From Thermofilum adornatum (GTDB lineage: Archaea; Thermoproteota; Thermoprotei; Thermofilales; Thermofilaceae), in contig NC_022093.1 of NCBI RefSeq assembly GCF_000446015.1, positions 180,001 through 212,000 of the forward strand: a stretch of DNA of 32,000 nt. Reading direction: 5' to 3'. This document shows positions 1 through 9,485 of this stretch, in pieces. The first letter of the stretch is position 1. Every line of letters begins with the position of its first letter. Both the position numbers and the translations under genes were made by a program. The notes beneath the pieces are model-generated. The model made no database searches. It was not told where the DNA came from and saw nothing but the letters and a program-made list of their open reading frames with translations.

Positions 1-295
1 AAACCCTCAGTTTTTGAGAGAGGCTAGTGGCGGGGATGGAACAAACTGGGACATTTAGAATGTTCAAGCCGTATTGCTGAAGGGCCAGCTTCAGATTCGA
101 GGTCACAGTGTCTGCGGCAGATTTTTGCTGGTCATTCAGATATACGTAGACTAGTGCGGTCGCAGGGCAGTTCTCTGGCGGCGTGCCCGGTGTGCCGGGT
201 AGTGCTGGTGGTTTTTTGTAGACAAGTAGCACTCCTAGGATGATGCCAAAGATCAGTACGGCGAATGTTAGGCCATAGACTAGTTTACGATTCAT
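1..295 (-). CDS. Hypothetical membrane-anchored protein, N-terminal part only (gene runs off the left edge)
   Basis: Absent from the ORF track because it has no stop in the window. The reverse-strand ATG at 293-295 gives MNRKLVYGLTFAVLIFGIILGVLLVYKKPPALPGTPGTPPENCPATALVYVYLNDQ..., open to position 1. It has an N-terminal hydrophobic helix followed by a P/G/T linker. Confidence 0.45.
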   Translation of the reverse strand, partial: MNRKLVYGLTFAVLIFGIILGVLLVYKKPPALPGTPGTPPENCPATALVYVYLNDQQKSAADTVTSNLKLALQQYGLNILNVPVCSIPATSLSQKLRV

Positions 296-414
296 TTATT
301 TCGCCGATGCCACTATGTATGCTTAGAAATAAACTTGTCTATAAAGAAGACACATCCCTGGAAAGTAAGTCATCAAATAAAAATATTTAAACATGTCCTG
401 GAAAAAATTTAGAC

Positions 415-1614
415 GTGAGTAAAATAAAAATTTCGGAGAGAATAGAGAGGCTAGACTACCCAATAAGGAAATACAATGCCCTGGCTAGAAGCCTTGAGGA
501 AAAAGGAGAAAAAGTAATATACCTTAATATTGGGGACCCGCTCAAATACGACTTTCAGCCCCCTAGGGAACTCATCGAGGAGGCTTGTAGAGCACTGCAG
601 GAGGGCCACCACTATTATTCTTCTTCCGAGGGCTTGAAGGAGCTGAGGGAGGCAATAGCCTACAAAGAAAAGACATGGAACAAGGTGGATATTGACCCGA
701 AAAACATCTTGGTCACAAACGGTGTGTCGGAGGGCATAAACACCTTATACGCAGCGCTGGTCAACGAGGGCGACGAAGTGCTAATACCTGACCCGAGCTA
801 CCCACTATACATAAACTTTGCCGACTTCTATGACGCAAGGAAAGTTTTCTACAGGACAATAGAGGAGGAAGGCTGGATACCAGATATAGACGATATGAGG
901 AAGAAAATCACCGAGAAAACAAGGTTTATAGTTGTAAACAACCCGCACAACCCAACGGGTGCAGTTTATCCAAAGAAAGTTCTCCAAGATATCCTAGACT
1001 TGGCCGCCGAATACAAGCTACCCGTAGTCTCAGACGAAATATACGACGCCATGGTGTTCAACACAGAGTTCCACAGCGTTGCTTCCCTTGCAAAGAGCGA
1101 CAACATAGTTATAGGTATGAACGGCTTCTCCAAGACATATCTAGCCACTGGATGGAGACTCGGCTACATATACCTTAAGGGGCCAGAAGAAGAAATATCA
1201 AACATGAGGACAGCATTCCTCGGATTCCTAATGACAAGACTCTCAGCAGTAACACCCCTGCAAGTCGCTGTTGCGAGAGCAGTCTACAAGACGGGCAGCC
1301 ACCTAAAGGAGCTTGTAAGCAAGCTAGATGAAAGGAGAAGATACTCGGCTAAACGGCTCCGAGAAATACCTGGCTTCAGCTTGCCCGTGGAGCCCAAGGG
1401 AGCCTTCTATGTGTTTCCACGTGTAGACCTAAAAATGAACGATGAAGAATTTGCTAGACAGCTACTTTTAGACGAGAAGGTCTTTGTCGTATACGGCTCT
1501 GGTTTCGGACCCCTAGGCACAAACCATGTGAGACTAGTTTTCCTGCCGCCAGTAGATGTCTTAGAGGAGGCCTTCACGCGAATAGAAAGATTTATGCGAA
1601 AAATTTCTAGCTAA
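415..1614 (+). CDS. Class I/II PLP-dependent aminotransferase (aspartate/alanine aminotransferase-like)
   Basis: 399 aa ORF with a GTG start. It carries the NNPHNPTG motif and the SKTYLATGWRLGY PLP-lysine region typical of fold-type I aminotransferases. Confidence 0.9.
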   Translation: MSKIKISERIERLDYPIRKYNALARSLEEKGEKVIYLNIGDPLKYDFQPPRELIEEACRALQEGHHYYSSSEGLKELREAIAYKEKTWNKVDIDPKNILVTNGVSEGINTLYAALVNEGDEVLIPDPSYPLYINFADFYDARKVFYRTIEEEGWIPDIDDMRKKITEKTRFIVVNNPHNPTGAVYPKKVLQDILDLAAEYKLPVVSDEIYDAMVFNTEFHSVASLAKSDNIVIGMNGFSKTYLATGWRLGYIYLKGPEEEISNMRTAFLGFLMTRLSAVTPLQVAVARAVYKTGSHLKELVSKLDERRRYSAKRLREIPGFSLPVEPKGAFYVFPRVDLKMNDEEFARQLLLDEKVFVVYGSGFGPLGTNHVRLVFLPPVDVLEEAFTRIERFMRKISS

Positions 1615-2030
1615 GGAGCTGTAGGAATTCCTCTTTTTCTCGCTATTTCTTTCAACTCGTCGTCGTAAGTTGCAAGGGTGGCCCCCATTCTTTGTGCGAG
1701 GACAAGTATAATGTAGTCGTTGATCATGGTGGGGTCGGCACCGTCCTCTTTCATCATGTCAAGTGCCCCCATGAAGACCTCGCTGTTTTCGCTGATATAG
1801 ATGAAGCGAGCATCGCTGAAATATTCCTCTAGTTTTTCTCTAACGTTCTCGACATCTATTCGGAACTTCGTGAGTAGAAGCCAGAGGTATTCGTGTATCG
1901 TAATAGAAGCTATGTAGACCCTGTCTGCCTCGTCCAGCAACTGGGCCGCTTCTGCATGTTTCTCGCTGTCCTCAAAGGTGTCGTGAAGCAGTACATCTGT
2001 GTCCACTACCAGTCTTGCTACGTCTCCCAT
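1611..2030 (-). CDS. vapC: PIN-domain ribonuclease, VapC-type toxin
   Basis: 139 aa ORF with N-terminal VVDTDVLLHD (PIN acidic residue context). It overlaps the upstream small antitoxin ORF by 13 nt. Confidence 0.8.
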   Translation of the reverse strand: MGDVARLVVDTDVLLHDTFEDSEKHAEAAQLLDEADRVYIASITIHEYLWLLLTKFRIDVENVREKLEEYFSDARFIYISENSEVFMGALDMMKEDGADPTMINDYIILVLAQRMGATLATYDDELKEIARKRGIPTAP

Positions 2031-2272
2031 CTTGCCACCACCAGTTCATCTAACGCCTCCTTGATTAGTTTTTCCATCTCCTGGGTCTTTATTTGCCTCC
2101 CAAGACGCAACGGAGATCTCTTAGTCCTGAACCTAAGTGTCAAAGAGCTCCCCTCCCGAAAAATACTTACATAGGCCGGGAGATCTATCCCCATCTCTTT
2201 AAGAAGCACTAATGGCAACTTGATGTTGCCCTCTTCATCTACACGGACAATATATCTCTTTTTCCCAGGCAT
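2018..2272 (-). CDS. vapB: AbrB/SpoVT-type antitoxin, VapB
   Basis: 84 aa ORF. The stretch VRVDEEGNIKLPLVLLKEMGIDLPAYV resembles the swapped-hairpin AbrB/MazE fold. It sits immediately upstream of, and overlaps, the PIN gene. Confidence 0.75.
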   Translation of the reverse strand: MPGKKRYIVRVDEEGNIKLPLVLLKEMGIDLPAYVSIFREGSSLTLRFRTKRSPLRLGRQIKTQEMEKLIKEALDELVVARWET

Positions 2273-2382
2273 AGATAAACATTAGTTAAAAACAAATATA
2301 TCGTTTACGTGTTTCCTCTTAAGTAGAATGGTGATAAGGTATCGAGGCAAGAAAACAAGTAATAAACGGCATCACCTTCATA

Positions 2383-2721
2383 TTGCTTGAAAACTTCAGC
2401 GAGATACCACAGGCGCTAAAAGCAGTCCCCCAGGGAAGCAGATGGGACATTCTAGCTATAGACGAATTCATGACCGCGGAAATCGTCTACACGGGCAAGG
2501 AACTCCTCCTCGGCATGTACGCTGAGGTTGCCGGCTCACTTCCACAAAAGCTAGAAATACCAGATCCAGAAATCCAAGTCGAAGAAAGAGACAACAAAAT
2601 TTATCTACGCGCACTAGTATCCTATCCCGTGCAAGGAAGTTTAGTCTACAAGGCAATGATTCAGAAAATAAATACTTTTAGGAAGTTTCTCGGAATTTTG
2701 CTTCAAACGCTACAACAATAG
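2383..2721 (+). CDS. Hypothetical protein
   Basis: 112 aa ORF with a TTG start and no recognisable motif. A TATA-like AAGTAATAAAC lies about 20 nt upstream. Confidence 0.4.
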   Translation: MLENFSEIPQALKAVPQGSRWDILAIDEFMTAEIVYTGKELLLGMYAEVAGSLPQKLEIPDPEIQVEERDNKIYLRALVSYPVQGSLVYKAMIQKINTFRKFLGILLQTLQQ

Positions 2722-2992
2722 ATTCTTGTAACACTTGTGAATCCTTTTGCTCTCGAGAGGCTAGCTTAGCATCTATTTTTAAACAATTAGAATGAAAATT
2801 TCGCTCCACATATTTACGATTCAACTCTTTCTGTAAGATAAAATCTTCTTTAATTCTTACTAAATTTTGTTTTTGTTGACAGAAAGTTTTACACAAAATT
2901 CTATATCGTAGAATAAAGGAGTATATCCAGTGAGAGCAGCTTGCGCCTAGCAGCTATAAACATATTTGTTACATACCTGCACAGAACACGTC

Positions 2993-3385
2993 ATGGCCAA
3001 GTTAAGATACGAGAGAGATCCCGATACCGAGAAGCTCGTTAGGAAAATAGTTGTATGTCTAAGACTGGACTGGATCGATCCTAGCAGGGTCTATGTTGTT
3101 AAGAGCAGAAAGTCAGCTTCAAATGCTATTGCCAGGATATATGGTCTCCCCAAGGTCTTCCAAGTTTCTCTAGGATTGGAACCCTGCTACGTCATTGAAC
3201 TTATTTCTGAGAAGTTCGACAGGCTTCCAGAGGAGGAAAAAATAAAGGTTCTCCTACACGAGCTCATGCATATACCTAAAACTTTTTCAGGCGGCTTAAG
3301 ACCCCACGGGCGGTACACTTCTAAGCGGACAATAGACAAGCTGTATGCTATGCTTCGAGATGCTAAGAAAAGCGGTAGCTGTTAG
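2993..3385 (+). CDS. Predicted zinc metallopeptidase (HExxH)
   Basis: The ORF track gives 2966..3385, but I prefer the ATG at 2993 (MAKLRYERDP), which has a GCTATAAAC TATA box about 35 nt upstream. It carries the HELMH motif in LLHELMHIPKTFSGGLRPHG, typical of small archaeal predicted metallopeptidases. Confidence 0.65.
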   Translation: MAKLRYERDPDTEKLVRKIVVCLRLDWIDPSRVYVVKSRKSASNAIARIYGLPKVFQVSLGLEPCYVIELISEKFDRLPEEEKIKVLLHELMHIPKTFSGGLRPHGRYTSKRTIDKLYAMLRDAKKSGSC

Positions 3386-3430
3386 GCTGGCAACGATTTT
3401 TTGCTCTCCTAAGGGGCGTTGTAGCTGAAA

Positions 3431-3946
3431 TTGGGAAAATATATTTACCCCTTAGGCATTACTAGATATGTGCAGAGAACAGACCTTATTAAGACCCTCG
3501 AAGAGGCTGTGAAGCTTGAGCAAAGAAATGCGGAGGAACTAGAAAAAGGCGTTGGAAAACTCAAAAGCGAAGTCATCAAGAGTATTCTCGGAAGCATAGC
3601 AAATGACTCAAGGAAACACGCAAAGATATATGAGGGAATACTCCGTATACTTCGAGAAGTGGGTCCCGCAATAAGCGAAGACGACTTTGCAATGCTCGAA
3701 AAGATTGTAAGGACACACATTAAAATGGAGGAAGAGATGATCTCGACACTCAATAAATTATTCGGTGAGGTGGACGACAAGAGGATAACTTATCTTTTCA
3801 AGTATATTCTCGACGACGAGGTCAAGCACCATAAATTGCTACTAAACATACTTGACCTAATCGTAAAGAAAGAAGTGCTTACCGAGAAAGACGTCTGGGA
3901 CTATTTGTGGAAAGAGGTACCCTTCCACGGAACACCAGGAGGCTAG
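3431..3946 (+). CDS. Ferritin-like/rubrerythrin-like four-helix protein
   Basis: 171 aa ORF with a TTG start. Paired E...(E/D)xxH-like motifs (EQRNAEELE ... DSRKHAKIY; MEEEMI ... DDEVKHHKLL) suggest a di-iron ferritin-like fold. Confidence 0.55.
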   Translation: MGKYIYPLGITRYVQRTDLIKTLEEAVKLEQRNAEELEKGVGKLKSEVIKSILGSIANDSRKHAKIYEGILRILREVGPAISEDDFAMLEKIVRTHIKMEEEMISTLNKLFGEVDDKRITYLFKYILDDEVKHHKLLLNILDLIVKKEVLTEKDVWDYLWKEVPFHGTPGG

Positions 3947-4380
3947 GTTTGGAGTATAGTCTCCTCGCGGCCGTATATTATCTCTTGAAAACTTGAAAAG
4001 TATTTTTCTAGAACCTCTACTGTTTTTTCGAGATATTTATGTAAGTCTTCTATACTCGTTATAGGTGGATATTCAAAGACAAGACCAGACAGCTCACTTG
4101 TGAAAGACAACAGATAGACCTTGATTCCCTGAAGTAGTAAGTCTTTTCCCAACTCTTCCAAACTTTGAATCCCTGGCTTCGAGGAAATCTCTACAGGTAA
4201 CATGAATAGGGAATATTCCTCTTCGAGAGTAATAGTTAAAGGAAGAATTCTGCCAGAAGTTGTCTTCATATAAGTTATGATCGACCTTGAGTCTTCTGAA
4301 ATTATGTTGTCAACGCCTTTCTTGTTCAGCTCCGAGCTAATTTCTGACACGAGATCCTCGATTCTTCCAACGGGCCTCAT
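3943..4380 (-). CDS. Hypothetical protein
   Basis: 145 aa ORF with protein-like composition and no recognised motif. Confidence 0.5.
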   Translation of the reverse strand: MRPVGRIEDLVSEISSELNKKGVDNIISEDSRSIITYMKTTSGRILPLTITLEEEYSLFMLPVEISSKPGIQSLEELGKDLLLQGIKVYLLSFTSELSGLVFEYPPITSIEDLHKYLEKTVEVLEKYFSSFQEIIYGREETILQT

Positions 4381-4420
4381 ACATGTTTTTTGAGCTTTTG
4401 TTATTAATAAATGTTATTAT

Positions 4421-5503
4421 TTATTTCTCCTCAAATTTTATCCTTTGAAACGATGGGTCTGGATGTTCACTATTCTCTTTATAGTACTTAACGGCGTCCT
4501 GTGTGAGCCATTCAAAGTTCCACGACTTTTCGACGAGGAGGATGCCGATTGGCATTTCGACATTTACTTTGGATAAAACCGTGTAGAATATTGGTTCCAC
4601 ATAGCTTGGGGGTTGCCCCACTACGAGGCCTGTATCCTCGCTGTATAATCCTTCTAGGAAAAATGGAGCCTCAACAAGGGTTCTCGTTATTACTTTGCTG
4701 TGGGGACCCTTAAATATGTAGATTTTTTCTGGGACAGAAGTCTTGGGTAGCTCGTAGCTGACAGAATTGTAGGTCCATAGTGGCGCGACGTGGGATCTGT
4801 AGTGGTAGCTCATGAGCTGCCTGCTTGGAGGGTCTATGCCGAAGACTCTTCTAATGGAGCTGTGGACTTCGCTTAGCTTGGTATACGCATACTTCATCTT
4901 GAAGTAGACTATGAGTAGGTCTATCCAGTCTATCCATTTTCTTTCTTGCCTAATTATTGGGCTCATCGATGTGAGAATCGCATCGTCAATATTTTCGATG
5001 TCTGGTACCACTACTCCTAGAGCTGTGTCATAGCGGGTGAGTTTGCCATTTGGGGTCCAGTGCTTATACTCTTCCCCGACAATTTGGAATTCTGGCTGCA
5101 TGCCGAAGCTTTTAACATAGTTTGAGACCTGGGACTCTGGTACTAGTCCGAGGACGCCTGTATACAGGCCTGTTATCCCTGGGAATATTTGTTTACCAAT
5201 TAGCCTATAGATCCTCAATGTGTAGAGTGGGTACTCACGGAAAGGTGGTCCTGGGAAAAGTAGAAAGACATATTTTAGCCCCATCAGGCCTAGATTCGGG
5301 ACAAAATGCATGGAAATCTTGCTTTCCTGAAGTCTCCTAATAATGTCAATCACTGTGCTGTATGGTAGTTTGGCCTGTTCAGAAATCTTGGATAGAGTAT
5401 TAGAGGTGGGAGCATAGTACAGGACTTTCCACTCGTTTAGGCTTAGCTTTAGAGATATCCCGCAGTTCAAAACTTCTGGAGGCATAATGTTTCCTTCTGT
5501 CAA
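4421..5503 (-). CDS. Hypothetical protein with probable N-terminal helix-turn-helix
   Basis: 360 aa ORF. The segment TLSKISEQAKLPYSTVIDIIRRLQESKI looks like a wHTH recognition region. The remainder is unrecognised. Confidence 0.6.
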   Translation of the reverse strand: MTEGNIMPPEVLNCGISLKLSLNEWKVLYYAPTSNTLSKISEQAKLPYSTVIDIIRRLQESKISMHFVPNLGLMGLKYVFLLFPGPPFREYPLYTLRIYRLIGKQIFPGITGLYTGVLGLVPESQVSNYVKSFGMQPEFQIVGEEYKHWTPNGKLTRYDTALGVVVPDIENIDDAILTSMSPIIRQERKWIDWIDLLIVYFKMKYAYTKLSEVHSSIRRVFGIDPPSRQLMSYHYRSHVAPLWTYNSVSYELPKTSVPEKIYIFKGPHSKVITRTLVEAPFFLEGLYSEDTGLVVGQPPSYVEPIFYTVLSKVNVEMPIGILLVEKSWNFEWLTQDAVKYYKENSEHPDPSFQRIKFEEK

Positions 5504-5550
5504 ATATAATCCCTAAGCTAGAGACACCACGGAAAATTATATGTTTAACG

Positions 5551-5907
5551 TTGAATCCAGAAACTTGCTCGAGATTTGAAAAAGAAAGATTTAGAAAATT
5601 CTACGTCTCTATTTATTGGGTTGGTTTGGTGTCGGGGTCTAGGGCCACTTGCGAGAAGGGATATTATTCTAGGAGGGTAGCAGAGGTTATACTGCGCAAC
5701 GCCACATTGGAAGAGATAAAGAACCTCTCCCTTGAAATACTCATAGCAGAGGTATCATTAAAGATGCGTAGTTGCAACATGACTGATGAAGAGAAAAAGG
5801 AGCTACAAATCCTATTGGAAGACCTGGAAAATGCTAAAAAACTGCTCTACAAGGCATATCTTGTCGAATCGTCCAGAAAGAAAAAAAGGGTGGTTCGGTG
5901 GATTTGA
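5551..5907 (+). CDS. Hypothetical protein (weak call)
   Basis: 118 aa ORF with a TTG start. Only the C-terminal half looks protein-like (helical, charged), so the true start may be internal. Confidence 0.3.
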   Translation: MNPETCSRFEKERFRKFYVSIYWVGLVSGSRATCEKGYYSRRVAEVILRNATLEEIKNLSLEILIAEVSLKMRSCNMTDEEKKELQILLEDLENAKKLLYKAYLVESSRKKKRVVRWI

Positions 5908-6326
5908 GAAGTGATCTTTCCAAGCTGATAGAGGAGGTATCAAAGAACGCCAAAACGGGGCTAGTTGACCCGCAAGAAATACAAAACTTAGGAATGGTGT
6001 TTCTATCTGTAGCCCTGCTCACAGGCGAGGACTACTTCTTTGTACTGAGCAACACTATGTACACGCTCGCTGATTCTCTGTCTTCTTTTCTCAAGGTGTC
6101 AACTATGCCTCTCTCAATGGAGTATCGAAACAAGACGGAGAGCTTGACAGAAGAGATGCGTAGTGGCATTTCTCACACACTACAAGCGATAAGCAACGCT
6201 ATTAGCCAGGGAGACAAGTGTAGTGCGCTGTCTGCCTCTGCAGAGCTGTTGAGGCTGTCCTACAAGGTGAACATGCTTACCGAAAGTCTTAAGAACGTGG
6301 TGGTTCTTGGTTCTCAAGGAGAATAA
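5898..6326 (+). CDS. Hypothetical protein
   Basis: 142 aa ORF with a GTG start. It abuts the CYTH gene, whose start at 6326 overlaps its stop codon by 1 nt, suggesting an operon. Confidence 0.45.
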   Translation: MDLRSDLSKLIEEVSKNAKTGLVDPQEIQNLGMVFLSVALLTGEDYFFVLSNTMYTLADSLSSFLKVSTMPLSMEYRNKTESLTEEMRSGISHTLQAISNAISQGDKCSALSASAELLRLSYKVNMLTESLKNVVVLGSQGE

Positions 6327-6853
6327 TGCACCGGGAAGTAGAGGTCAAGTTTTCTATTAGCGAGCCAAGCCGTATACGAGAAAAGTTGCTGGAGCTTGGA
6401 GCAACCTATGTAGATACAGTCGACCAGGTAGACATCTATTACCAGCATCCCTGCAAGAATTTTGCCGAGACGGATGAGGCGCTTAGGCTACGCGAGAACA
6501 ACTCTAAAAGTGGTAAAAGCATAGAGCTGACATACAAGGGTCCCAAGAGAGGGGGATGGGCTAAAGACAGGGTAGAAATAGTCTCGAGGGTTGTAGACTC
6601 TATGGAGATGCAGGAGATCCTAGAAATGCTCGGCTTCAAAACAGTTGCAAGGCTCCTGAAGCATAGGGAATTCTACATGATTAAAGGTGTCGAGGTGTCA
6701 ATCGATAAGGTGGAGGGCCTCGGTGACTTTGTGGAGATAGAGGATAAGGGTGGCGGGCTTGAAGCAGTACGGGAGATAGCTAGTCTACTTGGGCTGGGTG
6801 AACCTGTTCCAAAAACGTATCTCGAACTATACTTGGAAAAGTTTAGGAAGTGA
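6326..6853 (+). CDS. CYTH-domain triphosphate tunnel metalloenzyme (CyaB-like class IV adenylyl cyclase / triphosphatase)
   Basis: 175 aa ORF with the N-terminal EVEVKF (ExExK signature). Size and the beta-rich pattern match CYTH. Confidence 0.85.
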   Translation: MHREVEVKFSISEPSRIREKLLELGATYVDTVDQVDIYYQHPCKNFAETDEALRLRENNSKSGKSIELTYKGPKRGGWAKDRVEIVSRVVDSMEMQEILEMLGFKTVARLLKHREFYMIKGVEVSIDKVEGLGDFVEIEDKGGGLEAVREIASLLGLGEPVPKTYLELYLEKFRK

Positions 6854-7280
6854 TTGCCTTTATTACTTGGTAAACGATGACAGAGCCCGTGACTACGAAG
6901 ACTGAATTGTATATTGTGCTTGAGACATTGTGCTCGAAGTACCAGGTTAAAATCTGGAAGAGGACTCCGTGGAGACCTACGTAGAGGACAGCTAGAGAGA
7001 TAAGCCTCAAGCCCCATTTAAGCGACCCACCTATTTTCTGGGAGTTCAGCCTAAATCTAAGAGAGACCTCGTTGGAGAGGGGGCTTGCAAGTTCCTCTGC
7101 TTTCAATGCGAAGATAAAAGCAATAACAGCCACAAAAATGTTTCCAATGTATATCTCCCGGTATATCCTTATAGGTATAAAGAGGCTTGTCGAGAAAAGC
7201 CAAAGTAGCACAAGGAGTATGACCAGTGCTGAGACAACTCTGATAGCCACTGTTTTCGACGACACTACTTCTGCAGGCAT
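6843..7280 (-). CDS. Integral membrane protein, unknown function
   Basis: 145 aa ORF with about four hydrophobic segments. Confidence 0.55.
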   Translation of the reverse strand: MPAEVVSSKTVAIRVVSALVILLVLLWLFSTSLFIPIRIYREIYIGNIFVAVIAFIFALKAEELASPLSNEVSLRFRLNSQKIGGSLKWGLRLISLAVLYVGLHGVLFQILTWYFEHNVSSTIYNSVFVVTGSVIVYQVIKAITS

Positions 7281-7352
7281 AGGTTAACAGAAAGAAACTC
7301 GAGATTAAAAACCCTTTTATTGAGGTCCCACAGCTATATGATGTGATCAAGT

Positions 7353-8360
7353 ATGAAGAAGTATGACGTAATAATTGTGGGTGCAGGTATAGCGGGGCTA
7401 ACAGCAGCCCTATACGCGGCCCGCCAGAAACTATCTACGCTAGTTATAAGTGCAGATCTAGGCGGACAGCTCCTTTTGACAAACGAGATACAAAACTTTC
7501 CAGGCTTTATGTCCATAAGCGGGCTGGAGCTCATAAGAAAAGTCGAGGAGCAAGCCAAGACATACGGTGCAGAAATACTCTTCGACGAGGTCACTAGCAT
7601 CGCCGAGCAGGAAAACCTTTTCACAGTGAAAACAGCTTCTGGCAATGAGTTCCAGGCAGAGGCAGTTGTCCTCGCCTTCGGCAAGAGCCCCAAGGAGATG
7701 GGTGTACCAGGGGAAAAAGAGCTAAAGGGAAGAGGAGTCTCATATTGCGTCATATGTGATGCCCCGCTCTACAGGGGTAAAAAAGTCGTCCTTGTAGGCT
7801 GGGGGCTACATAACTACGAGAACATTGTCCGGCTAAGAGACTATGCAAGTAAAGTCTACTGGGTTTTCCCAGGCGAAAAACCCCTAGAGGAAGAGGAACT
7901 ACTTAATGAGGCCATGTCTAAGGGAAACGTCGAGCTAGTTCCCTTCTCGGAGCCCGTAGAGGTTAAAGGCGATAAAAGAGTCCGAGCACTAGTTGTAAGG
8001 AACAAGAAGACCGGAGAGCTAAAAACTCTAGAGGTTGATGGGGTATTCGTCGAGATGGGCTATGTTACAAAGACAGACTTTCTAAAGGGTCTAGTGCAGC
8101 TAAACGAGAGGGGAGAAATCGTTGTAGACAAGATGTGCAGGACAAGCAAGCCCGGAATCTTTGCTGCGGGCGACGTCTCAGAGATGCCCCACAAGCAGGC
8201 AGTGATAGCCGCTGGGATGGGCGCGTGCGCCGCGCTAAGTGCATATGCATATGTAATGGAAAAGAGGGGGAGAAAAGTCGGACAAGTTGCCGATTGGAGA
8301 CATGTAGAAATCCCAGGAAAGAGAAAAGAGGGTGCAGGGCTAAGCATAAAGCTCCGTTAA
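7353..8360 (+). CDS. trxB: Thioredoxin-disulfide reductase
   Basis: 335 aa ORF with the FAD-binding motif DVIIVGAGIAGLTAA, the redox-active CVICDA (CxxC) and GDV near the C-terminus. It has a basic C-terminal extension. Confidence 0.9.
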   Translation: MKKYDVIIVGAGIAGLTAALYAARQKLSTLVISADLGGQLLLTNEIQNFPGFMSISGLELIRKVEEQAKTYGAEILFDEVTSIAEQENLFTVKTASGNEFQAEAVVLAFGKSPKEMGVPGEKELKGRGVSYCVICDAPLYRGKKVVLVGWGLHNYENIVRLRDYASKVYWVFPGEKPLEEEELLNEAMSKGNVELVPFSEPVEVKGDKRVRALVVRNKKTGELKTLEVDGVFVEMGYVTKTDFLKGLVQLNERGEIVVDKMCRTSKPGIFAAGDVSEMPHKQAVIAAGMGACAALSAYAYVMEKRGRKVGQVADWRHVEIPGKRKEGAGLSIKLR

Positions 8361-9469
8361 TAGAAGAAGTTGTCCCAGTATCTTTTTCTGTATGTTCCCT
8401 TTATGTCTATTTTTGTTCCGCAGACAGGGCACCTGTTGTCCTCGGTAAGGTTCCACTTAGTAATAAAGAAGCCCTTCCTCTCTATGACCTTGGTTCCACA
8501 CTTGGGGCAATAGGTGTTTTCTAGGGGGTGCCCCCAGACATTGCCGATATAAACGTATTTGAGCCCTGCTTCCTTGGCGATGCTTGCCATGTCCTCTAGT
8601 GTTGATACATCTGTTGGGGGATAGTCTATCATTTTATAGTGTGGATAAAACCTCAATATGTGGAGTGGAACCTCGTCTCCTAGGTTCTCTAGGATCCAGG
8701 CGACTAGTTGCCTAAATTTTTCCTCGTCGTCGCCCACGTTTGGCACTATTAGGTCGGTTATCTCGATGTGTACACCCTTCTTCTTAAGCTCTACCAGTGT
8801 CTGTTTTATGGGTTCAGGGTCTGGCACCCCCATATACTTCCTATAAAACTCTGGATCCCCAGAGGCCTTGAAGTCTACAGTTGCGGCGTCTAGGTATGGG
8901 TAAAATTCCTCGAGAGCTTCAGGCGTCATGTAGCCATTTGTCACTATAGTGTTGAATAGGCCATCCTTCCTTGCCAGACGGCTGACGTCATACATGTACT
9001 CGTAGAAGATTGTCGGCTCGTTGTATGTATACGAGATGCCATCTGCCCGGAGCCGCTTAGCCTCCCTGACAACCTCCTCTGGAGGATAATATTCGCCATA
9101 AAGACCACTCTCGAGCCTGCTCTGGCTTATCTCCCAGTTCTGGCAAAACTGACAGTAAAAGTTGCAGCCCGGGGTCGATATCGAGAAGACAGCGCTCCCC
9201 GGATTAAAATGTGAGAGAGGCTTCTTCTCTATGGGGTCGAGGTTTGCCGCCGTTAGCAATCCATACACATACGTGTAGAGCTTTCCCTCAATGTTTCTCC
9301 TGACACCGCACACGCCGAACTTGCCAGGTGCAATAACGCATCTCCTGCTACAAAGGTTGCACTGGACGTATCCTGGCTTTCCAGGTATGGTGGCCCAGAA
9401 CTTTGCCTCCTTGATATATGGTTTTCCCTTGATAGACTCGCTCATCCTATTTACAAGAAAGCCATGCAT
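8357..9469 (-). CDS. amrS: AmmeMemoRadiSam-system radical SAM enzyme (PFL-activase-like)
   Basis: 370 aa ORF. It carries CNFYCQFCQNWEISQ (Cx3Cx2C), the N-terminal CNLCSRRC...CGVR cluster, DPIEKKPLSHFNPGS, and a C-terminal CPKCG...CPVCG zinc ribbon. Its stop overlaps the trxB stop by 4 nt (TTAA). Confidence 0.85.
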   Translation of the reverse strand: MHGFLVNRMSESIKGKPYIKEAKFWATIPGKPGYVQCNLCSRRCVIAPGKFGVCGVRRNIEGKLYTYVYGLLTAANLDPIEKKPLSHFNPGSAVFSISTPGCNFYCQFCQNWEISQSRLESGLYGEYYPPEEVVREAKRLRADGISYTYNEPTIFYEYMYDVSRLARKDGLFNTIVTNGYMTPEALEEFYPYLDAATVDFKASGDPEFYRKYMGVPDPEPIKQTLVELKKKGVHIEITDLIVPNVGDDEEKFRQLVAWILENLGDEVPLHILRFYPHYKMIDYPPTDVSTLEDMASIAKEAGLKYVYIGNVWGHPLENTYCPKCGTKVIERKGFFITKWNLTEDNRCPVCGTKIDIKGTYRKRYWDNFFY

Positions 9470-9485
9470 ATCTTTAAACTTTTGG

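Noticed and set aside
805-1148. Reverse-strand 60-aa ORFs inside the aminotransferase gene. Many similar antisense or out-of-frame track ORFs lie inside other long genes, for example 3445..3780, 5122..5340, 6439..6639, 7334..7753, 8060..8347, 11515..11982, 12477..12944, 13308..13882, 14226..14534, 17729..18010 and 19627..20571.
   Set aside because: They are fully nested in much longer ORFs that carry clear family motifs. Their compositions are skewed and low in complexity (S/P/R/L/C-rich), typical of shadow frames.
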